Source: an uncultured bacterium (GTDB taxonomy: Bacteria > Planctomycetota > UBA1135 > GCA-002686595). From it: DNA of 64,000 bases. This document shows positions 1 to 9,008 of the stretch, piece after piece. The position numbers and the translations under genes are program-made. The stretch is taken from positions 192,001-256,000 of the forward strand of contig CALSNU010000005.1 of assembly GCA_943787795.1 (NCBI GenBank), in the 5' to 3' direction. Below the pieces are notes generated by a model. It worked only from the letters and a program-made list of their open reading frames with translations. It made no database searches and was not told the DNA's origin. Within the stretch, counting starts at the first letter, position 1, and each line of letters starts with the position of its first letter.

Positions 1-283
1 CGTGCAGCGAGATGTCGAAGACGTGGCCGCCCTTGCGCTTGAACCAGGTGGCGAGGCCCCCGTAGTTGTAGTGCTGCTCGAGGACCGCCACCGAGTGCCC
101 GTTGCGGGCCAGGATGTTGGCCGCCGTGAGCCCGCCGAGCCCCGAGCCGATGACCACCACGTCGTAGTGATCCTTGGCGCCCTTGAGCGGGTCGCTCGTC
201 AGGGGGCGCTTGCCGTCGCGGCTCCCCGCGAAGAACTTCTTTTGGCGGGCGGCGGAGGCGGGCGTGCTGCTGGTGTCGGTCAT
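1..283 (-). CDS. Phytoene-desaturase-like FAD-dependent oxidoreductase, 5' part only (runs off the window edge)
   Basis: Not in the ORF track. Manual translation from ATG 283 gives MTDTSS...[57 protein letters not shown], with a GxGxxG FAD motif. ATGA overlap with the stop of the upstream paralog. Confidence 0.9.
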   Translation of the reverse strand, partial: MTDTSSTPASAARQKKFFAGSRDGKRPLTSDPLKGAKDHYDVVVIGSGLGGLTAANILARNGHSVAVLEQHYNYGGLATWFKRKGGHVFDISLH

Positions 284-1680
284 GTCGCGGATGCGAGGGC
301 GTGCTGATTGGCCATGGCGATCCCCGACAGCATCGCGCCGACGATGCCGAGGTATCCCTGGTCGGTCCCGCAGAGGAAGAGGCCGTCCACGGCGGTCCTC
401 CCGCTGCGCTGCTTGCGCGTGGAGCCGTAGACGGCCCCGCCGAGGTGTCCGGTGAACTTCTCGATGGTCCGTGGCGTGAACCCGTCCACGTAGACCGAGT
501 GGGGGCGAACGTCGAAGGCGAAGGGGGCGGCGACCCCGTGGGCTTCGCCCCAGATCCGATCCTTGGCGCCGGTGTAGGCCTCCTCGTTGAGGGCCGTCCA
601 CTCGTCATGGCGCGCCAGGAGAGTCAGGCGGAGCAGGCCCTCGGGCAGGGGCTCCTTGGAGGCGTAGTTATCGGGGCAGCAGATGACGCCGCTGCGCAGA
701 TCCACCAGCTGCCCAGGCTCGGGCGGCCCGTAGACCAGGCGATCCTCGGTGTTGAAGAACACGATGGTGTCGTCGTGGCCGAGGTCCCTCGGGCGCTGGT
801 CGAGGACGGTCAGGTACTCCACGAAGGAGAGCGGTCCGATGTCGGCCTCCTGGGTGGTGTCCGCCTCCTCCGTCAGCCGCATGGTCTCCACGAAGCCGGC
901 GCTGGAGATCACGACGTCCGCCAGCAACTCGGTGCCGTCATCGAGCACCACGCCACGGACCCCGTCGTGGCCATGGAGGATTCGCTGGACGCCAGCGCGC
1001 ATGCGGAGCTCTCCGCCGAGGTCCTTGTAGCGGTTCCGGAGCAGGTCCAGCACCCGCCGGACACCGCCGTCCGGGCGCGCGAAGCCCTCCTCGTAGAGGC
1101 TCTTGAAGAGGATGATGAACGAGGACCACTCCACGTCATCCGGCGTCGGGCTGCCGTAATAGAGCAGCGGAAGGAGCAGCATCTCCACGAGCGTCTGGTC
1201 CTTCAGGTAGGGCGCGAGCTCGTCGCGCGCCATCCTCGGGGGGCCAGACTCATCCGAGAGGTCGGGGTACCCCGCGAGGTCCCGGACAAGCCGGTCGAAG
1301 CCGTCGATGTCCCCGGGGAACTTCTCGGCGACCTCGGAGCGGAGGAGCTCGAAGTCGTTGTTCCAGCGCAGCGAGACGCCCGGAAAGTCGACCCGACTGC
1401 CGCTCTGCTCGCCGAGCTCGAGGGCGTCGTAGGGGATCCGCAGCTGCCTAAGGATCCGCGTCAGGGGCCGGCCCTTCGTCCCCTTGGGGACAAAGTTCGT
1501 CAGAGCGTGGAGCCCGACGTCGAAGCGGCGCCCCTTCTGCTTGTAGAAGGAGTTGAGACCGCCCCAGAGGTAGTGGCGGTCCAGGACGATGACCCGCTGG
1601 TCAAACTGCGCCAGGCGGATACCAGCAGCGAGGCCGCTCATCCCCGCGCCGATGACGATGGTGTCGTACTTCTCGGTCAC
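280..1680 (-). CDS. Phytoene-desaturase-like (CrtI/COG1233) FAD-dependent oxidoreductase
   Basis: N-terminal IVIGAGMSG...GGLNS...FDVGLH; C-terminal [19 protein letters not shown]...[23 protein letters not shown] start. Confidence 0.88.
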   Translation of the reverse strand: MTEKYDTIVIGAGMSGLAAGIRLAQFDQRVIVLDRHYLWGGLNSFYKQKGRRFDVGLHALTNFVPKGTKGRPLTRILRQLRIPYDALELGEQSGSRVDFPGVSLRWNNDFELLRSEVAEKFPGDIDGFDRLVRDLAGYPDLSDESGPPRMARDELAPYLKDQTLVEMLLLPLLYYGSPTPDDVEWSSFIILFKSLYEEGFARPDGGVRRVLDLLRNRYKDLGGELRMRAGVQRILHGHDGVRGVVLDDGTELLADVVISSAGFVETMRLTEEADTTQEADIGPLSFVEYLTVLDQRPRDLGHDDTIVFFNTEDRLVYGPPEPGQLVDLRSGVICCPDNYASKEPLPEGLLRLTLLARHDEWTALNEEAYTGAKDRIWGEAHGVAAPFAFDVRPHSVYVDGFTPRTIEKFTGHLGGAVYGSTRKQRSGRTAVDGLFLCGTDQGYLGIVGAMLSGIAMANQHALASAT

Positions 1681-1704
1681 GGGAATGGGCGGATCGGCCT
1701 CGGA

Positions 1705-1977
<273 letters not shown>

Positions 1978-2004
1978 TGGATGAGTGGGGAAGGGGATGG
2001 GGGA

Positions 2005-3255
2005 TCAGTTGGAGTCAGGTCGCTTCACGACGAGGGCACTGTTGATGCCCAACATCCCGAAGCTGAGATTGAGGATGGTCTCGACGCCGCTGGTCTGGCG
2101 GGGCTCGTTGATGACGAGCCCTCGGACCTCACACTCGGGGTCGAGGTTGTCGACGTTGATGGTGGGGTGCACCACGCCGTCGACGAGGGAGGGCAGATTG
2201 CCCGCGAGCTCCAGGGAGCCGGCGGCGCCCATGGTGTGCCCGATGTAGCTCTTGGTGTTGTTGATGTTGGTGGAGGCCGAGTCTCCGAACACCTCGCGCA
2301 CCGCGCCCGACTCCTGGATGTCGCCCTGGGGCGTGGAGGTGGCGTGGGTGCTGACGATGTGGATGTCGTCGGGGGCCATGCCGGCGCGGTCGAGGGCGCC
2401 GCGCATGCACTGGTTCTGGCGCTCGGGCAGGGGCAGCACGAAGTCGGCTGCGTCCGAGTTCACGTGCCAGCCAGCGAGCTCGCAGATGATGTTCGCGCCG
2501 CGCTTCACCGCGTCGTCGTAGCGCTCGAGGACGTAGAGGCACCCGCCCTCGCTGACCACGATGCCGTTCCGATCGCTGTCGAAGGGGCGGCTGACCTTGG
2601 CGGGGTCGGCGTTCTCGCCGAGGGCGCCCTCCGCCTTGAAGCTCGCGAAGATGCCGAAGGTGTGGATGGACTCGGAGACGCCGCCGGCGATGGCCACATC
2701 GACCTCGCCAAGCTGCAGCATCTGGGCGCCCTGGATGATGCCCAGGTTGCCGCCGGCGCACGCCCCGCCGATGGCGTAGTGGGGGCCGGTGATGCCCATG
2801 TTGAGGGTCACCTCGCCGGCGGGGTTGTTCGCGACCGTCCGGGGGTTGTGGTGGTGTGACCAGTACGAGGTGTCGTAGTCGTACTTGCTGATCTCGTAGA
2901 TCTGCTGCTCGGTCTCCACGTTCCCGTGCTCGGTCGTGCCGACGTAGACGCCGACGTTGTGCTTCCCGACGGCGTCCAGGTCGATGCCGGCGCTTAGCAC
3001 GGCCTCGTTGGCGCAGTAGATCGCGACCGAGCCCGCGCGGGTGCCGCGGCGGAGCGTCTTGCGGCTCTGGTGGCGCTGGTTATCGAAGTCACACTGGCCG
3101 GCGACGGTCTCGCCGAAGTAGCGGATCTCGTAGGGGGAGACCCCGGAGACCCCTGCCAGGAGGTTCTTGCGATACGTCTCGAGATCGTTGCCGTTCGGGC
3201 TCGTGAGACCGACACCGGTGATCACAATGCGAGGCTTGCTGGAGTGGTCAGGCAC
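2005..3255 (-). CDS. fabF: Beta-ketoacyl-ACP synthase II (FabF-like)
   Basis: RIVITGVG, GGACAGG (Cys), STHATST and KSYIGHTMGAAG (His, His). Start reassigned to GTG 3255, which has AGGAGG upstream and overlaps the regulator stop. Confidence 0.92.
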   Translation of the reverse strand: MPDHSSKPRIVITGVGLTSPNGNDLETYRKNLLAGVSGVSPYEIRYFGETVAGQCDFDNQRHQSRKTLRRGTRAGSVAIYCANEAVLSAGIDLDAVGKHNVGVYVGTTEHGNVETEQQIYEISKYDYDTSYWSHHHNPRTVANNPAGEVTLNMGITGPHYAIGGACAGGNLGIIQGAQMLQLGEVDVAIAGGVSESIHTFGIFASFKAEGALGENADPAKVSRPFDSDRNGIVVSEGGCLYVLERYDDAVKRGANIICELAGWHVNSDAADFVLPLPERQNQCMRGALDRAGMAPDDIHIVSTHATSTPQGDIQESGAVREVFGDSASTNINNTKSYIGHTMGAAGSLELAGNLPSLVDGVVHPTINVDNLDPECEVRGLVINEPRQTSGVETILNLSFGMLGINSALVVKRPDSN

Positions 3256-4000
3256 GCTTTGCCTCCTCTTGTTCGGACGGGCCGTCCGCTGCTTGTTGCT
3301 CGGACAGTGCGTCCGCTGCTTGGTTGGCCGCCGCGCCGGCCTGAAGGAATCGCGCGGGGACGCCGACGCCCACCTTGAACGCGGTGCCGATGGCCTTCGA
3401 GAGAAGGCTCTGCGGGTCACCCAGCGCGCTGGACACGCTGGAGAAGACGAGCTGCATGACCGCGTCAGCGAGGTCGCAGGTCGCGATGATCGAGCGCAGG
3501 GTCAGGACCCGGGGGTCCTTCGCGCCGTTGCGCTGGCGGATGATCTCGAGCATTCGCTCGGCGCCCACCTTGAAGTGTTCGAAGGCGACCTGCTCGCGGC
3601 GGCGCAGGACGGTGGCCACGATCGAGAGCGTGTTGCCCACCGGCTCGTGGACGTTGCAGCGCCGCGCGGTATCGAACGTGGAGGAGACCGCGCCCCACTC
3701 CAGCAGCTCGTTGATCGTGGCGCTCGCCGCCCCCTGGCTGATGGAGAGCTCGTGGACGATCTCCTTCGCGGAGAGCGGGCACCCCGAGAGGACCAGCAGG
3801 CCCCAGACGCGGCCGTGGATGCGCTTGAAACCGAAGGTCTTGAAGAACGCCTCGAAGGTGGCCAGCTCGGCGTGGAGCTCCGGCTCGAGACCCGTGAAGC
3901 CGGCCTCGGCAAGGAGGCTGGGTTCGCTCGCCTGGGCCAGTTCCCCGCCGGTGGGCGCGGCAGCTGAGGCTTCAGTGGGCGATTGGACGGGGTCTTGCAT
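3248..4000 (-). CDS. GbsR/MarR-family transcriptional regulator
   Basis: FGFKRIHGRVWGLLVLSGCPLSAKEIVHELSISQGAASATINELLEWGAV is a winged-HTH pattern typical of GbsR-like proteins. Confidence 0.85.
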   Translation of the reverse strand: MQDPVQSPTEASAAAPTGGELAQASEPSLLAEAGFTGLEPELHAELATFEAFFKTFGFKRIHGRVWGLLVLSGCPLSAKEIVHELSISQGAASATINELLEWGAVSSTFDTARRCNVHEPVGNTLSIVATVLRRREQVAFEHFKVGAERMLEIIRQRNGAKDPRVLTLRSIIATCDLADAVMQLVFSSVSSALGDPQSLLSKAIGTAFKVGVGVPARFLQAGAAANQAADALSEQQAADGPSEQEEAKRA

Positions 4001-4027
4001 GCGGCCTGGCTTCGTGCTCGCAACGCA

Positions 4028-4045
4028 TTTCAGATTTTCCTGAAA
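4028..4045. promoter_or_regulatory. Palindromic operator TTTCAG-N6-CTGAAA, probable site of the GbsR-type regulator
   Basis: Perfect AT-rich inverted repeat TTTCAG ATTTTC CTGAAA, 27 nt upstream of the regulator ATG, in GC-rich DNA. Confidence 0.7.
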
Positions 4046-4295
4046 GCTGCGAGCGAGAGTTGTACCTGTCGCGGACTCGCGTCGACCCCGTAATCGTCAA
4101 AAACGGGACGGCTTCCGCGTGGATCGAAGGAGCACCAGGGGCGATCGCGGCGATCCAGGGGGGCCAGGCGGTTGTCCAGACGGCAGGCTTGCCCGTCGAG
4201 CGGGCAGGCACCGGGACAATGGCCCATGCCAAGGCCGTGGCAATGGCCCGGACAACAGCTCGGAGGGCCACCGCGTGACCGGGGAGGCGGTCGAG

Positions 4296-5000
4296 TCAGA
4301 GACCGAGGGTGCCCCTCAACCAGGCGCCCATGTCCGTGATCTGCTCGGGGCAGACCTGGTGAGCCATGGCGTAGGTGCGCCACTCCAGCGGGTAGCCGAG
4401 CCCCAGGAGCCGATCCCGGGCGGCCTCGCCCATGCGAGGGAGGACCATGGGGTCCTCTGTACCGTGACACTGGAGGATCGACGTCTCCCGGTTCGCCTCA
4501 GAGCGCTCCTCGTCCAGGTCTCCGTCGCACGCGAGGTAGGTGGAGAGGGCGAGGATCCCGGCGAGGGGCTCGGGGTGGCGGAGGCCCTCGTGGAGAGCGA
4601 TCGCGCCGCCCTGGCTGAAGCCCGCCAGGACGATGCGGGCGGCGGGGATCCCCGCCGCCTTCTCGCGCTCGACCAGGGCCCGTGTGTGTGCCGCGGAGCT
4701 CCGCACGCCGGCCTCATCCACGCGCCGCTCGAAGTCCATGCCGAGGATGTCGTACCAGGCGGGCATCACCATCCCGCCGTTGACGGTGACGGGGATCTGT
4801 GGCGCGTGCGGGAAGACGAACCGGACCGCGTGGTCCTCGGGCAGGCCAAGCTCGGGAACGATGGGGGGGAAGTCATGCCCGCTCGCACCCAGGCCATGGA
4901 GCCAGATCACGGAGGCTTCGGCGGGGCGGCCGGGTTCGAGGACGACGCAGTCGAGGAGGGAGTCGGGGGACATGGGGGCCATTGCCGTCTGGGGGATCAC
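4296..5000 (-). CDS. Phospholipase/carboxylesterase-family alpha/beta hydrolase
   Basis: WLHGLGASG, MPAWYDI, GFSQGG nucleophile motif, HGTEDPMV, MAHQVC. Start is GTG 5000 (GTGA overlap with oleA) or ATG 4982/4973. Confidence 0.9.
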   Translation of the reverse strand: MIPQTAMAPMSPDSLLDCVVLEPGRPAEASVIWLHGLGASGHDFPPIVPELGLPEDHAVRFVFPHAPQIPVTVNGGMVMPAWYDILGMDFERRVDEAGVRSSAAHTRALVEREKAAGIPAARIVLAGFSQGGAIALHEGLRHPEPLAGILALSTYLACDGDLDEERSEANRETSILQCHGTEDPMVLPRMGEAARDRLLGLGYPLEWRTYAMAHQVCPEQITDMGAWLRGTLGL

Positions 5001-6031
5001 CACTCCAGGCCGAGCATCAAGCAGTGGAGTCCGCTGCCGATGCCCTGCATGGCCACGCGGTGACCGGGTTGGATGAAGTCGTCGCGGGTTGCGAGCGCCA
5101 GTGTGGCCGGCAGGGACACGGAACCGACGTTGCCGAGGGTCTCCACCGAGGTGTAGTCGCGGGCGTGGTCGAGGCCGAGCATCTCGAACAGCGTCCGCTT
5201 GTGCTGGGCGCCGACCTGGTGCGTGACGATGCGGTCCACCTCGCCCGAGGTCCAGCCGAGCTCCTCGAGGAAGGCCGGCCACGTCCGGGCGGCGAGGGCG
5301 TTGCCGGCCTGCAGGAGGGCCTCGGAGTCGGTGTCCATGAGCGGTCCGCTCGAGCCGTTGACGCGGTCGCCGCTGCAGAGCTCGTGGTGCTCTGTTGCGG
5401 CGCGAGCGACGCCGCCGAGGAGGCGGTGGCTGGACCGGGAGATCCTGGAGCTCGTCAGCACCATGGCCGCGGCGCCGGAGCCGATGGTCAGCGAGGCGTA
5501 CGCGCGCTTGAGGTCCTGGCGGGTGACGCCCTCTCGCAGGAGCGCGGCTATGGTCTCCTCGACCAGCGGTCCGCCGTCCTCGCCGCTCACGATCAGCGCG
5601 GCTTCGAGCTCACCGCGCTCGATCCGGCTCGCAAGGAGCGACATCGCGTTGGCGAAGCCGAGGCAGGCGTTCGAGAGGTCGAAGGCCTCGCACTCAGCGC
5701 TGAGACCGAGGCGGGCGTGCACCACCGAGGCCGTCGCTGGCTCCATGAAGTCGCGGCAGACCGAGGAGTGAATGAGGCAGCCGATCTTCGCAGGATCGAC
5801 CCCGGATCGCTCGATGGCGTCCTTGCCGGCGCGGGCGGCCGCGTCGCTGGGGCGCGTCCCGGGCTTCCAGAAGCGGCGCTCCTTGATCCCGCTCATGAGC
5901 TCGAGTCGACCCACGGAGACTCCCAGGCGCCCGTACAGGGCACCTAGCCGCCCTTCGAGGTCTGTCGAGGTGACGACCTGCTGGGGCAAGGCGAGGCCCA
6001 GGGCCTCGATGTGGACATTCTCGAACCGCAT
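4997..6031 (-). CDS. oleA: OleA-type thiolase-fold condensing enzyme (KAS III family)
   Basis: MRFENVHI start, SVCRDFMEPATAS (OleA Glu), SNACLGF (Cys), LTIGSGAAA, HQVG (His), GNVGSVS, GIGSGL. Confidence 0.85.
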   Translation of the reverse strand: MRFENVHIEALGLALPQQVVTSTDLEGRLGALYGRLGVSVGRLELMSGIKERRFWKPGTRPSDAAARAGKDAIERSGVDPAKIGCLIHSSVCRDFMEPATASVVHARLGLSAECEAFDLSNACLGFANAMSLLASRIERGELEAALIVSGEDGGPLVEETIAALLREGVTRQDLKRAYASLTIGSGAAAMVLTSSRISRSSHRLLGGVARAATEHHELCSGDRVNGSSGPLMDTDSEALLQAGNALAARTWPAFLEELGWTSGEVDRIVTHQVGAQHKRTLFEMLGLDHARDYTSVETLGNVGSVSLPATLALATRDDFIQPGHRVAMQGIGSGLHCLMLGLEW

Positions 6032-6144
6032 TGAGGCGGAGACCCTACCGATTCGGGGCTTCGCCCGCGACCGGTTGCGGGCGGAGAGCCCTCCGTTGAC
6101 ACTTGGGGTCCGGCCCTCGCCCCGGCTCGGCCGCTCCCCCGCCC

Positions 6145-7473
6145 ATGGCCCCTCCGCCCCCCCTGACGATCCTCCACGTGGACATGGACGCCTTTTATGC
6201 GTCGGTGGAGGTCCGTGATAATCCTTCGCTGGAGGGGTTGCCGGTATGCGTCGGCGGCCCGGCCGCGAGCCGGGGGGTGATCGCGGCGGCGAGCTACGAG
6301 GCGCGGCGCTTCGGGGTGCATTCGGCGATGGCCACGGCGGTGGCGAGGCGAATGTGCCCTGACCTGGTGCTGCTCCCGCCGGACTTCGACAAGTACACGG
6401 CGGTCAGCCGCGAGGTGATGGCGATCTTCCGTCGCTACACCCCCACGGTCGAGCCGCTGTCACTCGACGAGGCGTTCCTCGACGTCAGCGGGTCCGAGCG
6501 CCTCTTCGGCGACGCCGAGCAGATCGGCCGCAGGATCAAGGACGACATTCTGCGCGAGACGAGCCTCGTCGCCTCGGTCGGGGTGGCCCCGACCAAGTTC
6601 CTGGCCAAGCTGGCCTCCGACCTCGACAAGCCGGACGGGTTCCGCGTGATCCGGCACGGCGAGGAACGGGCGGTGCTTGACCCGCTGCCCGTGTCGAAGA
6701 TCTTCGGCGTCGGACCGCGCTCGGCGAAGCGCCTTCAGGGGATGGGGGTGAGGACCATCGGTGACCTGGCGAGCCGACCCCGCAGGGTCGTGGCTCGCCA
6801 GTTCGGCGCCTCGGCGATCTGGATCCACGACCTGGCGCACGGCATCGACCCGCGCCGTGTGACGCCACGGCGGGAGGAGAAGTCGCACGGCATGGAGCGC
6901 ACCTTCGCCGAGGACATCTCCGATCAGGAGGAGCTCCGCGCCCTGCTGATGAGCTTCTCCGAGGAGGTCGCCTTTCACCTTCGAGACAAGGGGCTCCGCG
7001 GAAAGACGGTGACCCTCAAGGCGCGCTTCAGCGACTTCAAGACCGTCACACGCACCAAGACGCTCGCCCACGCCACCAACCTGGGGCCGAGCATCTACTC
7101 CGTCGCCAGCGAGCTGCTCAACCGCATCGATGACCGCCCCCTGCGGCTCCTCGGCGTCCAGATCAGCCGCCTCGAGGATGTGCGCCAGCCCGTGCAGAAG
7201 ACCCTGTTCAACGGGGCCATGGCGGAGCCTTCCACGAGGAAGGACTACCTCGCCTCGGCGGAGAAGCTGGCCAAGGTCACCCCCAGCCTCGACAAGCTCC
7301 GGCGCAAGTTCGGGCGGGGCGTCGTCGTGCCCGCCGCGATCCTCGACAAGGGGGTTCCCCGGGGGCGCGACGGTACCGGCGCTGCGGGCCAGGCCTCGCC
7401 CGAGGACGAAGTCCAGCCGGGGCTCGACGGAGGGCGCGTGGGGGGCCCCGAAGGTCACCCGCTCGAGGACTAG
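6145..7473 (+). CDS. dinB: DNA polymerase IV (Y family)
   Basis: ILHVDMDAFYASVE, ASYEARRFGVHSAM, SLDEAFLD, KFLAKLASD. Confidence 0.96.
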   Translation: MAPPPPLTILHVDMDAFYASVEVRDNPSLEGLPVCVGGPAASRGVIAAASYEARRFGVHSAMATAVARRMCPDLVLLPPDFDKYTAVSREVMAIFRRYTPTVEPLSLDEAFLDVSGSERLFGDAEQIGRRIKDDILRETSLVASVGVAPTKFLAKLASDLDKPDGFRVIRHGEERAVLDPLPVSKIFGVGPRSAKRLQGMGVRTIGDLASRPRRVVARQFGASAIWIHDLAHGIDPRRVTPRREEKSHGMERTFAEDISDQEELRALLMSFSEEVAFHLRDKGLRGKTVTLKARFSDFKTVTRTKTLAHATNLGPSIYSVASELLNRIDDRPLRLLGVQISRLEDVRQPVQKTLFNGAMAEPSTRKDYLASAEKLAKVTPSLDKLRRKFGRGVVVPAAILDKGVPRGRDGTGAAGQASPEDEVQPGLDGGRVGGPEGHPLED

Positions 7474-7491
7474 AGGCCACCGGCGAGGAAC

Positions 7492-7560
7492 GGGGCCCAA
7501 GATCAGGGCCAAGGATTGGGGCCAGGGATCGGGGCCATGGATCGGGGCCATGGATCGGGG
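7492..7560. repeat. Degenerate 13-bp tandem repeat (GGGGCCATGGATC consensus, ~5 copies)
   Basis: ggggcccaagatc agggccaaggatt ggggccagggatc ggggccatggatc ggggccatggatc gggg. Confidence 0.85.
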
Positions 7561-7872
7561 GTCGCGCTGGGACGCAGGCAGGGCCCCGCGCCAGGAGCGG
7601 GGGCTCTGGACCTGAGCGGTGGCCCAGATGTGAGCGGTCGCCCGGTCCCGAGGCGGACCCCGGAAGAGAGGTCACGGGGGTCGGTGCGCGCGGCGCGGCG
7701 GCCCAAGGGGGTGGGGGGGCCCGCGTGAGGCTCCCCTCGCTTGCGCCCGTGGGCCGCGCCGCTCCGTGCCCGGGGATGGCACGCCGCGCATGCGTTCCAG
7801 GTCTCTGAGCGTGGCGGCGGGTCGACCCGTCAGAGCCGCCGGCTCAGCGCGCGTGGCGCGCTCGGCCGTGAC

Positions 7873-8757
7873 TCAAGCCGCCGTTCGAACCGTCGAGGGC
7901 GTCGGGGTCCGGGCAGCGTCGAGGTCGGTGTGGGTGACGAGCACGAAGGCGCCGTCCTCGAGGTTCAGGGCCGTGGCGCGCCCGCGGAACGGGCGAGCCT
8001 CGCCGCCGATGCCCACGCGAGCATCGGCCGTGAAGGTGTGGCGCTCTCCGCGCAGGACGGCCTGGAGCTCCCGGAGGAACCGGTTGGCCCGCCCGTCACC
8101 GCTCTTGGCGGCCGCGGAGCAGACGGCCAGGTAGTCCGCGCCCACGCCGGTGCGCGACGGGTCGCCTCCGGCGTCCATGGTGAAGCGTCGCCAGGCGGCG
8201 TTCACGGCCACGATCCGGCCCTCGGTGTCGAGGACCGCGGCGTGCGCGGTGCAGTGCTCCAGGGCCTCGGTCAGGCGGTCGAACCGGCTCCCGGCCGGCA
8301 CGCTGAAGCCGGCCTCGGGAATGACGGTGGGGCGGACGGCCCCCTTGGTGACCTCGGTGGTGAAGGCGACCAGGACCAGGCGCTGGTCGCGGCCCATGAC
8401 GCGCTCGATGGTGGCGACGGTCCGGACGACTCCGCCCGTGCGGAGGGGGCGGTCGAACTCGAGTCGAGCCCGGTCCGCTCCGCCGGTCTGGATCTTCCTG
8501 ATCTGCGCGTGCATGGAGCCGGCCTCGCGGTTCCCGTTCAGCGCAGCCCGGCCCATGGCAGCCATGTAGTCCGCACCCTCACGGGCGTTCTCGAGCGGGA
8601 CCACATCCGTCTGGCGTGAGCTGCGGGACCAGGCGTCGTTGGCCTGGACGATGCACCCTGCCCCGTCGAGCAGCACGCAGCGGTCCGGCGTGGAGTCCAT
8701 GGCGAAGTTGGCCTCGGACAGGGTCAGGGTCTGCGAGTTTGATTTGGGTGCGGACAT
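7873..8757 (-). CDS. Stand-alone tandem PAS-domain protein
   Basis: Two similar halves: VLLDGAGCIVQANDAW...GADY and VLDTEGRIVAVNAAW...GADY. No kinase or output domain. Confidence 0.75.
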   Translation of the reverse strand: MSAPKSNSQTLTLSEANFAMDSTPDRCVLLDGAGCIVQANDAWSRSSRQTDVVPLENAREGADYMAAMGRAALNGNREAGSMHAQIRKIQTGGADRARLEFDRPLRTGGVVRTVATIERVMGRDQRLVLVAFTTEVTKGAVRPTVIPEAGFSVPAGSRFDRLTEALEHCTAHAAVLDTEGRIVAVNAAWRRFTMDAGGDPSRTGVGADYLAVCSAAAKSGDGRANRFLRELQAVLRGERHTFTADARVGIGGEARPFRGRATALNLEDGAFVLVTHTDLDAARTPTPSTVRTAA

Positions 8758-9008
8758 GGTCGATGGGTTCCTTGGGTGCGGTGTCACCATCTGGGGTATC
8801 GGACTGATCCGCGGATCCCTTGAGCGGCGAAGCGGTCCGGCGGGAGCCCTTTGGCGCAGGTCGTCCCGAACGGGGAGCCAGGTCCCATCCTTGGTCCCAG
8901 CCGGTCCCTATGGGCTCCGGGTGGCGCCTCGGTGTGTCTCTGCGCGCCTCAGCCTGCGCCTGTGTACCTCCGTCCGCGCCTGTGCACCTCCGTCCGCGCC
9001 AGTGCGTC

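Noticed and set aside
1..1680. Carotenoid biosynthesis (crtI) assignment
   Set aside because: The context is ACP/FabF with no crtB or crtE in view, so the fold similarity alone does not support carotenoid synthesis.
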